The position numbers were made by a program, and so were the translations under genes. Shown one piece after another: positions 51,206 through 64,000 of a stretch of DNA of 64,000 nt. The notes beneath the pieces are model-generated. The model was given only the letters and a program-made list of their open reading frames with translations. It had not been told where the DNA came from and did no database searches. Each line of letters starts with the position of its first letter. Position 1 is the stretch's first letter. Source of the DNA: Trichinella spiralis (lineage: Eukaryota). The DNA is taken from NCBI RefSeq assembly GCF_000181795.1, contig NW_003526944.1, positions 739,383 through 803,382 of the forward strand, written 5' to 3'.

Positions 51206-52911
51206 TTTAGCGAACAAATTTGTTTCACGTATTGATAATTTACTTTGGTGTTGATAATTTTAAAAAACCACAACAAAGCAAAGATGCCAACCACCCGCCT
51301 GAACAAGCCACTGCGTCGAACAAATGCACAATCTCCTTACAATGTAGTACAAGATGTGATAATTAGGTACAGAAAATGATAAATTTTCTTTTGTAATTTA
51401 TTGAATATAAAAAAAATTTATTTAATATATTTAATTTAAATTTATTTAATAAAAAAATTTTTTAATTATATTTTCCTAATTTTTGAAGCAAGAAATTAAA
51501 TTTTATTTTAATTTTCAAATGGAGTGGAAAATGGTGAAATTGATAGCATCCGAATAAAGAGCGAAAATTTGTTTTACTTTTGTGGCTAAACGTGCGATGA
51601 ATATTTGCCAGTCATGAGTGCCAGTTTAAGCCAGACTTATTCATTATCAATGAAAGTGTCAACTGACGCGCTCAATCTTGAAACTGGGTCATCGGTTGTT
51701 CACTATAGCGTTCGCGCTTAACGTGTGAATGGAATTTTGAATTTTTCGAAAAACATTTACAACGCATTTATTCATTAGAACTAGGCAAAATTGTAGCGGT
51801 CATTTTGAAAATGCTGCTGTATTTAAAAAAAACGGATAAATTATATGGTCAAATTTGAAATTTGATCTCTTTTTATTCACCTTCTTGCAAATAGTGTTGA
51901 TTTGTGTTTTTTCTTAAGCAATTGTTAATTGTTGGTCAAGTTGAAAATTTCGCTCGTCTTATATTGTAGAATTATATCTTATTATGAATAGAAAATTAGC
52001 GAAGAGAAGCTGTACAGAGAAAAAAATATGCGCATTCTGCAAGCATCTGTTGTCGCTTGTATACGACTTGTAGTAATTCCATCGGGCTTAGCAATTGCTG
52101 GGTTCAAATTTTGTAAAACAAGTTAAAACGTTCGTACTGGGCCATCAAATCACTATCCTAAGTATTATATATCATTGATTGTTCTTTATCAGATAAATGC
52201 GTGGGTGATGATTAACAATTGAAGACAGAATAATATATGCTAAAAATGAATTTCACAAAATTCTATTCGTATTGAAATTGATCACAAATTGAAAATTTTA
52301 CACTTCACATTGACCTCATTTTTTTTTTCAATTTTTCATTCAATAATCAATTTTTATATTGAATAATTAGAAAAAATTGAAATGTTTTTGTATGATAAAT
52401 TTGAAAATAAATGAAAATTAAGTTTTCTTTTTGAAGTATCAATTTTGACACAGAAAAACCGGTTTACGTCGGGTCGGTCGTAAAAGTGGCGGGAACAACG
52501 GGCAGTATGTACTTTAATCCATTCGCTCGACTGTACTCGTTTGTCTGCCCACAGTTTGAAAATGAAAATGAATCCTCGAAACATTTTCGCATCAAAACAA
52601 TACAAAGATCAAGCCAGACAAGCAGACGACTCGTCCGTCGCCCATTTTCGTGCCAACAACTACTAAAACTGTAAGATTATTGTTTTTAACTTCATTTTAT
52701 GAGCATTGTTGATATTTTTTTTATTGTTAATTATTTCGAGTTGATGCACAAATTTATTTATTGGTAAAAAAATATTTCACGGTGAAATTTAATTTGAACC
52801 GAAAAAAAATTAGTTCTTCTGATCAGTCAGTTAGTTTTTCTTACCGGGTTTGGAAAGTTTTTTTTTTATTTGGTTCGGGCACATTCTACTTGGCCACTTT
52901 TTTTACATCGA

Positions 52912-53445
52912 TCAGGTAGGCCAGGAAAGGTGGGTGAACAAATTGCTCAGGCAAAAGTTCAGAAGAACAAGCAACAGCAACAACAATGGACGACAATTGA
53001 GCATATTGGTTGTCGACGCGTTGCAATAATCCGTATCGCACAGGCAGACTTCTTGCAGGGCGGCTCCGCTGAACGCGTGCAAATAATTCAAATGACTTTG
53101 AGCTTCGTCCAGACCCATTTCTTGGGTTTCGGTCTGGACGTGGTGACAGCCGAGCGGCGAAAATGGCATCCTTACCGTACAACCCTTGGCTAGCCAGTAT
53201 TTTCCATTGTCTGGCATGTGCACCACTATGGTCATGCAAGTATCCTGCCCCGAAGAGCATTCCACTTCTTCGTGGCCGGATGTGCAGTAGGGCTTTCGAA
53301 CGTCGGTAATGATGCGCAAGTTGTCGGCTGTGACCGCCTGGTCAATACCGTCGCGTACTGTACACATGCTGCACCGCAAGCATAGAACTGACGCTGAACC
53401 GCTGATGAGCGTCAATGCGCATCGCAGCAAACGGCCGAGCTCCAT
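52912..53445 (-). CDS. Ly6/uPAR three-finger GPI-anchored protein (quiver/sleepless/ODR-2-like)
   Basis: Signal peptide, LRCSMC...C...C...C...KGC...C...CLCDTDYCN cysteine pattern and a hydrophobic C-terminal GPI signal, all in a single coding exon. Confidence 0.88.
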   Translation of the reverse strand: MELGRLLRCALTLISGSASVLCLRCSMCTVRDGIDQAVTADNLRIITDVRKPYCTSGHEEVECSSGQDTCMTIVVHMPDNGKYWLAKGCTVRMPFSPLGCHHVQTETQEMGLDEAQSHLNYLHAFSGAALQEVCLCDTDYCNASTTNMLNCRPLLLLLLVLLNFCLSNLFTHLSWPT

Positions 53446-56400
53446 TCTGGCATTATCTTACTTTATTCCACCTTATTACGCTTTTCAAGGCAATCTCTGA
53501 AATAATATTTTTATCTTTTCAAATTATCATACAGAAAAGATACAATTTGGTGATGAATAGTTTTTTTTCCTTTTTGCCATTTGTCAATTTCAAAACTTTT
53601 CCTCTGAATTATTCCAAACAAAAATATTTTCTCAAAGGTGAACAATAATATTCATTGCTGATTTTCACAATTGTTCAATTCGTTTGACGAAGAATTTCTT
53701 TTTTTTAATTTACAAATTTAATCACCAAATGGTCTGTATTATTATATATGAACAGCAGTAATTTTTGTCATTGACGACGGGCAATTGATAAACGACAAAT
53801 GCACTACTACTTACCACTTCTCTCTCTCTCTCTCTGTGTGTGTGTCTATAAAATGTGAAATTTGTCTAATTGAATTAATTGATGGATGAATAATCTTTTC
53901 CAACTGATTTGAATAAAAAATTTCTCTTCACCTAATAAAATTAATATAAAGAAAAACCACACTCTTGTGGATTAGATTAATTTAAAAAAGAAAAAAAAAT
54001 TTCTTCTCGACCAATTCTGTGCAAGTGAATCGATTGATATTTTTCATTTCAATCAGGATTAGTGATGTTTATACAGAGATAAATGAATGGGTAATAGGAG
54101 AAGGAAAAATGTAAATAAATAAAATTATATACATGTACATATTATGTTGGGATATTGAAAGAGAGAAAGAGGGAGAGAGAGAGATTATAATATTAAAATG
54201 CATGAAAGTGGAAATCAAATAAGCGTACAACAATATCACATTTAATGCAGGTAAATTGAAACCCGGTTAGACAAGTGTTAGCACATGTTCTCTCACTCAA
54301 TTCAACCAAATTCCATTCAACGTGATACTTTTTCCATTTGAAAATGTTCTTCATCATATTACATTTTTTTCCCTCCTCTTCAACAGATCCATTAATTTTG
54401 CATAATTTTTGAATTTGTTAAAACAATAAAAAAACAATATAGACTGAATATAAACGGGACAGATCAAATCTCGGGGATAATAAAAATTTGTTGAAAATGA
54501 ACAACGACCACCATCGCCGCTTGGATAAGAAAATGAGAAAAAAGCTGCTGCTGCTGCTGCTGATCGAACAAGCTTGACGTATAAATAAGCATAAATTGAA
54601 TAATGGGCAAAGTAAGAAAATTGAATGTGGAAAAAGGAAATAAATTGAAAATTGGTGGCTGAAATCTCGATCGCGCGTTTCCCACTTGCAACATTGTAAC
54701 TGAACTGATGAAAATTTGCATAAATTTGTATTGAAATGAAAAGTGAATTGAAAAAAAAGAAAGAAAATAATTATAATGTAAAATTTACAAATTGAATAAT
54801 AATAATAATAATATGTTGAAAATCAATTTCAATCGAAAAGTATATATAAAACAGGACAGATAAATGAGAAAGAGCAAGTGCAATTGCAATTCAATTGCAT
54901 TTGTTGTTTTATGCAAATTTTTAACCAACTCAACATTTCCGATTGTTTGATTTTTGTTCGGACTGAAAAAGTCGAACAAAACCGATTGGGATCGTCAGAA
55001 ATTATTAGTACAAAAGAAGATTGTTTTTCATTGATTTCTTAGTTATAATAAGGTTAATTATTTGATTGTCAGTTTAAGTTGAATTTGCAATTTAATTTTT
55101 ATAAATTTTTCTAAAAATGATGAAAGAGTTTTATTTTATCATGAGATGTTTATTAATAATGTTTACATAGTTGCGAGATGGTGTTGCAAAATATTAAAAA
55201 TTTTAAAAATTAATAAATTTATACGATAATATACAGAAAAGAATAGAGTGGAGAGATTGCTTACTGTATGTTCGAAAATTACGCTATAAGTTGCGACGGA
55301 TGTGGATGGATGACTTATTGAATGTTGTGGACGAGAGATGACAGTGTAGAAATCAAACGGCCGTTCAGGCAGCAGTCAATGGAAGGATAATTCGGCTAGG
55401 AAAAGAACGCGTTAGCCGAGCTGGGCTTGTTGGGGGGTTTTGAATGGGGCTTAAATGGGCGACAGAATTTGCAGACCCCAAGCTCTGGGTTGACAAATTG
55501 TCGAACAATTGCAAACCGACGATGCTGGTCAACCCGCTGGCCATTGATCTCACTGACGTCGACTTTGGCCGAAAATTTCCTTCTCTGTATACTGGCCCAT
55601 GCTAATCTTGGTGATCGTCTTGGTCGTCCGGTTCTTCCTCAATTGAATTTACTTGCCATTGTGTAGCGAGGGTTGCGTTGCCAGGTGGCGCCACCGATGC
55701 AAATTTCCCTCAAGCTCAATGGAAGGAGGAGTGCATCGTCGTATTCCAAGGATTTCTCTTCTTCTTTCTCAACCTTGCCAATTTTTAATCAAATCAACCA
55801 TCATCTCGGACCGTAAAATATGTTAAAATGAAATTAAATGTAAAATCTTTACAACCAACCAACCAACATCACAACTCTGTAGACAAACAGTATTAACAAC
55901 AATTGAACTTTTCCACATTCAAGCTTCTCTGTTTTCATATAAATATTACGCAAGTAATAAGTTTACTGTAAGTGTCAAGTTGACAAATGTAGGCAAGAAA
56001 ATTTTGTGTCTACTCCATTTTTTTCACACTGCCTAGTATACTGTAGTCGTTCACTTTACATGATTCATAACGTGCTCTTTTATGAGTTGATATTATTAGT
56101 ATTATTATTCTAATTGTTGTTGTTGTTCAATGATGATCAGTACTGATATATTGACTCGGTTGTGGTTGTGCTGGTGGAAAATTCCCAATTTCCCATCGCG
56201 ATGAAGAATTATTATACGATGAATTAGTTGACAAGTGCATTTATTTTAATCTTGTTTTCTACTCAAATTTTCATATTCTCCTGGTCGGACAAAGCAATTG
56301 TTCGCTTATGTTAATTTTTCGACAAGGTCAAAACGAAACATCTGCTGAGTTTGTCTTGAATTTCCTTCCCTCTACTGGAAAACATCCAAATTGATATATA

Positions 56401-57959
56401 TATATATAACATTTCCCCTTTTCTACTTGTGATAATTATTAATTTTTAAATTTGCTCATCGAGTGACTTTAAAATGTTCTTGCTCTTTTCTCCTTGTTCA
56501 CATTTATAATAAATACGACCGAGTTGAATAAGATTATTGATTTCATTTCATTCCGACTTTAATTCCAATTCATGTATTATTGTTTTTGTGAGAAAAATTA
56601 ATTGAAAATTTTTCATAATGAAAAAAATTCTCGCGTTTATATTAGGAGAAGGAAAATATTTGCATACAAATGACAAATGCTAATTTTGAAATTATTCTAC
56701 TCTTTTTAATAACCAATTATTCAATTTATCAAATTTGAAATAAGTAGTATTCTATTTCAATTTTTTTTCAATTAATTATTGACACTTGACTCTTCACTAT
56801 TAACACAATTTCCATTTAATTTGCTTTTTCTTTGAAATTCAATTTTCCGTTGCAAATTTCAAATATTCATTCAATTCAAGAAGACAACTTGACCATATAT
56901 ATACACAGGCGTGCTTTTTTTTAGTATTATCGCTAAAATGAGAGACCAAAAAGAAATGGCATTTTGTTCTGCTCAAATCTAACTTCATTCATGTAGTATA
57001 CACAAACATTTGCATAATTATGATGATTTTTTTTCAACTTTTTCCCATTATTGTTATTCAACTGAATGAATTCTTATGGAACATTGCAATAATTTATAGT
57101 TAGTTGTTCAACTTGGAACAGTAAAAATTAGAATTAGAATATTTATCGATTTGAGAATAGAGACACAACTGCTTGATCAATGATGTTCCTTACAATCATC
57201 TCATTGTTTTATGATACTGGTCACAAGTGCTGCATTAAATTGTGCTTCACAACTATAAATTATAGAAAAAGATGCAGCCAGGGAACGAGGTACATTTAAC
57301 CAGTTGAAATGGAAATCGATCTTTCCAAGTTTATAATAATATCCATTCGGTGACAAATTTATGCCAATTTTTTTGAAATATTAATTTACAATTAATTATC
57401 ATTCCTCTGTTTGCATTTTTCAAATTTCTTGACAAATTTTCCAAAAAAATTAGCATTTTCTTCTTTGTATGAAAATACTTTTACAAAGCAATTTTATATA
57501 AACTATATATGAAAAATATGATCGTTTTGACTTTTCATCGATTTTAAACATACCAAAATGTGATCTAGTTTAATCATTTATTCATATATATATAATAACG
57601 ATTCCGGCTGTTCGACTGACGCTTTTCAAACGCACAGCTTGCCAATGCGCCAAGGTGCTGAATTGAACCTCTCTTGTTCCCTCAAATTGACGCTCATTAT
57701 TGTTCGTTATCGCCCCCAATCCCGTTGGGAAAGCTAATTCCACGTTCGATGCGTATGCAAAACTTCCACATACATAAACACACGATTTTACTATTCATTA
57801 TCGTTTATAGAATTACTTTTTTTTCAAAATCAAAAATTAATAAACATAATTTTTCAACATAATTCGCCCAATTTTGAGCACTATCCTCGCCGTCTGCTGA
57901 ATAAAGCCAACGGCAAACCGATTGTCTTGCTATAATAATAATAATACAATTGATGATTT

Positions 57960-58715
57960 TTAATCATTTCTGCTATTTCGATTCGAATTCCCTTTAATCT
58001 CTCTTATTCTTTCGCGTACACTTTCTTCGGCTTTTTGAATATTAGCTTCGATTTCTTTCGTTTTGGACTAAAATTTAAAACTTCACTTCACTTCATTCAA
58101 ATCAAATTAGTCATATCGAAAAAAGAATTCTATTTTTTTTTCATTTCAGTTTCCTCATAATCAACCACGAAACGTTCATCGTGAATAATTTATAAACATG
58201 TATAGAAATATGACTTTGGAAAAATCGATCATTTAATTAATGAAAAACACTAGATTCAAATATTCCATATGAATTGTAAGTAATAAGAAGAGATAGCTCA
58301 GTTTGAAATAACAACTTCTCCTTTTTGATCATTTGCATCTTTTCAATTAATAACTTGTTTAATTTACCTGCAATTCACTTATTCGAACTTCACAGTGTTG
58401 ATTTTCTTCGACAAAATGCTTTTCAAGTTCTGCCGAACTGTACAACACAAACATCCGACCAATGCCTATATACTTGTTGTGCCCGGCTGTATTCTGCAAT
58501 TCGTTGCGTACCAATTTGATTTGTCGGATTTTGTTGTGATGATAATCCAGAGCACAGTTTATCTGTCTTTGTAGAGGTTTCGAGGCATTTTTCACGGCCT
58601 GTAAATTTTCGAAAGCCTCAAAGAAAAATGCAACCGATATTCAATATTTTCAAACTGCATGTTAACTTGAAATGGTTACTCTTTTCAATTCGGCGTCCGC
58701 TCCTTTGGCAGCCAT
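57960..58715 (-). CDS. PFDN1: Prefoldin subunit 1
   Basis: Exons 58715-58680, 58616-58368 and 58067-57960 (all phase 0): MAAKGADAELKR|AFENLQ...YIGIGRMFVL...ISELQ|SKTKEIEANIQKAEESVRE. This matches the PFDN1 motifs D.ELK.AF..LQ and Y.G.GRMF.L. Confidence 0.88.
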
Positions 58716-59639
58716 ATTTCGGCGGAAAAAATTGAAAAAAATCAAAATTCTCTTTCAATAACGATGAAATTACGGTTCTTTTACAATATATAATAGGTCT
58801 GATTAGAAAATATACTGTAATTTAATGAAAATCATGTCTAATTTGATGTCAGAATAAAGTGTATCATAATTAGATAAAAATTTTTTGAATAAGACAATTC
58901 ACTTATCAGTATTAAATTTCGTGTTGTATGCTGAATTAGTATACGTTTTGTGAATGCAATAGAAAACTGTCATTTAGTCATCGTCAGGTCTAAAATAAGC
59001 AATGAATAATTATTTTGAAAAAGTAATAAATTACACTGCAATTATTTTGATGGTAAATTTCAATAATTTTGTTATACTATTTTGTCATGAATAAAACTTT
59101 TCATCTTTCGAGCGTGACAAAAATTGAACTTTCTACCTACTTGGCAGTCCTCTTTTTTCGCACCTGAAATACAGTCTTCTTTTCTATTTACGTGTTGGCA
59201 TTTTTGTTGGTCGTATAACTTTTAAATTGAAAGAATATTTTAAAAATTCATCAAGAAACATCACTGTGTGACAAAGCGAAGGTAAATATAAGAGTAGTGC
59301 AATTTGGCATTTGATATTTTTGAAAAATATTTAAATATTTCATTTCGACGTTATTATTATATTTACATTTAGATGAGTTATCAGGTTGTTTTATTTTAAA
59401 TTTGTATTAACGGAGTATTGAAATCACCAACTGTAAACATTCGTAATTGGATGTTGTTGAATTATTATTTGCTTATATTTGTTTTCCATCGTTCAATCAC
59501 CGCTTGTTCTGTGTGTGTGTGTGTGTGATCAACGTTTATTTACATTTTGCTGATTCATTTCTTGTCAGGTTGATGCTTGATAAATGGCGTAAAATATCGT
59601 ATAAATAAACGTGATTGACTTTTTTTGCATTTAGAAGAG

Positions 59640-61712
59640 ATGTTCCACTTGGGGATTGATTCTTGTTGTTGTTGTTGGCAAATTTTTTTTACTTGCTTCG
59701 CGAGTGCTTTATTGGCGTATATTATATTTGGTTGCTTCAAAAGGCGCAACTTGAACAAAGCGGTGTTGGAACGTCGGCAACAGTTTGCCGATTCGAAAGC
59801 TGCTTTGAGGAAACGTCTAGCCACAACGGATACTGTACAATTGGAGAAGCGTCGGCTGATTGTACAGTTGAAATTTTCTGATCTTACTGGTGAGAAGTTT
59901 AAATTTGTACAAATTTGATCGTTTTCAACAATCTATTTTATCAGTGTCACTTGCTTTGATCATTTCTGAAACTAGTTTAAAATTTTCCATTTCCTATCCC
60001 AACGTATAGTTGAAATAATCTTTATTATTATTATTATTAATTATTTTGGCACAATTTAAGATGAAAAATGTGAGATCAATTTTCAGAGAAATTGCAAAAA
60101 GGTGAACTGTCCGCCGTTGATGTGCTGCATGCTTACCAGTGGCGTGCGTTGACAATCTGTGACGATACAAGCTGCAATTGCGTGGTTGAATTTCTCGATG
60201 AAGCGGAAGAGTTTGCCAAACAGCTCGACCATTTGTACAATAAGGATAGCAACATTGCAAAACCTCCACTTTTTGGTATACCGATCAGTGTTAAAGAATC
60301 AATTCAAGTACAGTAAAATATATGTGCATATATTAACAAGCTTTTAATTCATTCCTCCATTCAGATCAAGGGACACGACAGTACCAGGGGATATGTTCGT
60401 TCCTTGAATCAACAGGCGAGTGAAAGTGCAAATTTGATACGCTTGTTGCAAGATGCGGGTGCTGTGCCATTCGTACGGACCAATGTTCCACAGACGTTGC
60501 TGTCATTTGCCTGTTCCAATCCAATATACGGTCGTACGTCGCATCCGACTCATTCCAATCGCACATGCGGTGGTTCTTCGGGAGGGGAGGCGGCGTTGAT
60601 TCGTCTTTTCGGTTCTGTATTAGGTTGAAAAGTTGTGAAAATTTGCATTTGCTTTTCCCCTATTATTTCAACAGGTGATTGCAGGTGTGGGCAGTGACGT
60701 CGGCGGCAGTATACGCGTGCCGGCCCATTACAGCGGTGTAGTTGGCTTCAAGCCGACTTCGGATCGCATGACTCAGCTGCGTTCGGTGGCTTCGATACCG
60801 GGCAGACCGATGATGTGCGCGACGGCGGGTCCGATGGGTCGGGACGTGCACAGTTTGGTGATGTTCATGAAAGCGCTCCTAGACAAGCCGATGTTCGACA
60901 GTGATCCGTACGTGATGCCTGTTCCGTTCCGAGACGAGATTTTCCGGTCGACCGAACCGCTGACCATCGGCTACTACGAGACCGACGGCTTTTTCGACGC
61001 GTTGCCTTGCTGCCGTCGCGTGGTGAGCAAGACCAAGCAACTGCTGGAGCAGGCCGGACACCGGTTGGTCCCTTTCCAGCCGCCGGATATTCCGTTGGCG
61101 GTGAGCTTGATCGTTCGCTCGTGCGTGGTCGACGGCGGCCAGTACATCACTGACCAACTGGCCGACGATCTGGTCGACCCGTGCGTTCGACTGATTCACA
61201 TCCTCTATTGCACACCGGTTCGGCTCCGCCACTGGCTCGGCAAGCTTGTCCGACCGTTGGATGCGAAAAGCGCCCTGCTGCTGGGTTCGTTCGCGTCGTC
61301 CACTGCCGACTTGCGCCGGGCCTACGAGGCTATCGGTCACTACAGAACTCTGTTCGTCGAACGATGGAAACGTGCCTCGCTGGACGCGCTGATCTGTCCC
61401 CCGCATGCCGTGGTCGCGATGCCGGACCACGTCATGGCCCGGCTCATGTCCGTGGTCAGCTATTCGGCTTTGTACAATCTGCTCGACTTTCCGGCCGGCA
61501 GTGTCCAGTGTTCGGTGGTGTCGGACCGGGATGAGCAGAGTGTCGAAGATGAGTACAACGTTCGCGACTTAAGCGCCAAGCAGGTATTCCAAAATTGTCG
61601 AGTCGGCTCAGGGTCGGTGGGTCTGCCGGTCGGCTTGCAGTGTGTCACTTTGCACGGCCAAGATGAACTCTGCCTCAGACTTATGGCTGAAGTTGAACGA
61701 CTTTGGTCGTAA
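59640..61712 (+). CDS. FAAH: Fatty acid amide hydrolase (amidase signature family)
   Basis: Exons 59640-59889, 60087-60307, 60365-60623 and 60685-61712. N-terminal TM helix, PLFGIPISVKE (catalytic Lys), GGSSGGE, GSDVGGSIRVP, YN.LDFPAG, GLPVGLQ. Confidence 0.93.
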
Positions 61713-62329
61713 TATTGCCATCGCATCAATTCTACTGCCATCGTCGGTTAGTTTAGTTGGTCGATTATTTATTATTTGATTTGATTGTCAAGTTCCAATA
61801 CAACAGTGTGCATGCGGTTTAGAAAAGAAATTTCTTTTTCATTCATAATCTTTCTTCGTTTCTTTTTTTTCACACTTTTCACAATTTTGCTTTTGTTTTT
61901 CACTGAATGGGAAGAGTTATTTATTATCTGTTGGAAGAGGGCAACAAAGCCCTGGCATGATGCGTAGGGTAATAAAAAGAAAGATCGACCTTGCTGATTG
62001 ATTCAACAGAGAGTGAGAGAGAAGCGGGTAAATGTCCGGCGATGGTCAACTACGATGGTCGTCACAACATGGTTGGCCAAAACCGGCAGCCACAAGTCCG
62101 AATGGTCAGTCACGTGCAGCTTGGTCGTCTTCGGTGCGGTAAAGGACCTTCAAGTCACGTGAGCAGCCCAGTGACCGGCCAATGTCCGAAAATTGAACTG
62201 TTCTCTTGTGTCATTGTTTACTTGGACAAGCCTTTTCTCTCTCTTTCTCTCTTCAAAGGCAGAAATTGCTCAGTTTGGAAAAACATCCCCCGCTGTGGCT
62301 TGATTCTGCTCTTCTGCCCCTGGAGAATA

Positions 62330-63269
62330 ATGCCTTCTGAAAATAAGTCACCTAGCGAAATGGAAATTCAAGAAAATTGCCCCAACGGAAAAAGCAAACC
62401 CAACAACAACAGTCAGATGAATAAAAACGAAATAAAGGTAAAATTCTTCTTTTTATTTTCTCTTAATGAAAATTCAACCAAAAAAATGCAAATAATACTT
62501 GTGTAGCTTTTATTCTGATTGCAACAGAGCAGTGCATGAAATTCCAGTTGTAGCAATGAACGAAATTTCACTTACCTACCAGCAGTCTGTAAAAGTGAAG
62601 CAATTTAAATAATTAATGAATTTTTGAATTGAAAAAAAGCAAGCAAAATACATTTCACCATTGTTCGTTCAAATTGTACAAAAAATTTACAGGATTAATA
62701 ATAATTATTATTAATAATTTTGCAGATTCAGTTCGACGAGATCGTTGCTGAGCCGGATCAAAGTTTGCGCAGCATCAGTCACGTTTGGAACGTCAGCGTG
62801 AAAGTAAAAAAATAGTTCTTTTTCAAAAAAAAACTCTTCACCTATCTCATTATAATGTAAATTTAAAGCATAATCACTCACCTCTGTTTCAGATTTTCCA
62901 ATTTACTTCGCAGTGGTGCTATTGGATATTGTCGGCGTTGTTGGCGGTGCCGTTCGCGATCCTCTGGGCGGTGGTGTTCGCATTCAGCAGCTTCTTCAAC
63001 GTCTGGTGCACGCAGCCGTTGATCAGAACCGTGGGAAAATTTTTCCTCTCTATTTTCCAGGTAACATATTGCCACACTATAAAACTTTGCTCAATTCAAA
63101 ACAAAAACAACAAACCAAAAAAAATTTCAAATCACACGTTCAGGTATATGAGAAAATTGTCCTCTGTTTGTTTGGTCCTATTGGACAGGCGTTTGGTCGA
63201 TGTTTCCAAAATGTACGATTGTATACAGTGAAATCGCAAAGCCAACAACCCCCATCGGGAAATGTATGA
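62330..63269 (+). CDS. Caveolin
   Basis: Exons 62330-62437, 62726-62803, 62893-63060 and 63144-63269 (159 aa). IKIQFDEIVAEP matches the caveolin signature FEDVIAEP, followed by the scaffolding region and hydrophobic hairpin WCYWILSALLAVPFAILWAVVFAFSSFFNVW. Confidence 0.92.
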
Positions 63270-63781
63270 ATTCGATGAAAAATTATAAACATAAAACAAA
63301 CAAATAATAAACCCAGAATAATAATAATAATAATAATAATAGTCTACTTTTTCTGATTAACATAATACAAATAAAAGTATAAATAATAATTGTTATATGT
63401 AATGGAATGAAAAAAATGCAAGTGCAAACAAAAAGAACATTAAAAAATACATATAACAAAAATGATTTATTTTAGGCATGATAATGATGATAATAATAAT
63501 AATAATAAATTATAAGAATAAGATAGATTCAAAAAAATGCTTCCATAATGTATGATGTAATTTATAATTTTTGGGCGGCATTACTGTTCTGGCAAAACAA
63601 AAAACTGTATTGAATAATAGAATCCGTGAAAATATGCAGAGGGATGGATAAATAAATCAAACAAATTGGATGAAGAAGATGGATGATAAAATATCACTAT
63701 AATATATATATATATTTATATAAATATAATGAAATCAACCAAAACTTGAAATCAGAATAGCACGCGACCGTGGGTCTATCA

Positions 63782-63973
<192 letters not shown>

Positions 63974-64000
63974 TCAGAAAAAAAGCCAAGCTATATTTTA

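Noticed and set aside
51500..52680. Possible + strand gene between the ARMC10-like and Ly6 genes
   Set aside because: Short open pieces only. I could not build a phase-consistent model or recognise homology.
28294..59528. Scattered (TG)n, (AT)n, (CAA)n and (ATT)n microsatellites
   Set aside because: Ordinary short simple repeats in introns and UTRs with no higher-order structure.
62507..62594. Extra caveolin exon
   Set aside because: No acceptor gives a stop-free phase compatible with the phase-0 donor at 62437. Direct splicing to 62726 gives the expected motif.

Overview
Eukaryotic, AT-rich, intron-rich genomic DNA with short introns and TTTCAG/TTTTAG acceptors. It is most consistent with a clade I nematode such as Trichinella (inferred from gene structure and an 18S fragment, not from a search). 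The window has three zones. (1) 1-2.9 kb holds the 3' end of RTEL1 and a convergent SSNA1. (2) About 3-27.5 kb is gene-poor. It contains a tandem array of about 5.5 copies of a ~1.27-kb unit and a large diverged inverted duplication (arms ~14.8-17.6 and ~22.4-25.5 kb). The spacer between the arms holds an octamer-rich palindrome and an orphan 18S rRNA fragment near the symmetry axis. (3) 28-64 kb is gene-dense: a globin with predicted N-terminal acylation and a GC-AG intron, then a tightly packed minus-strand cluster (orphan gene, ALG13 with no in-frame ATG, intersectin with short and long forms). After these come BAZ1A/ACF1, a KCTD/BTB gene, an ARMC10-like gene, a Ly6 gene, prefoldin 1, FAAH and caveolin. 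Exon structures were assembled by eye and no database searches were run.
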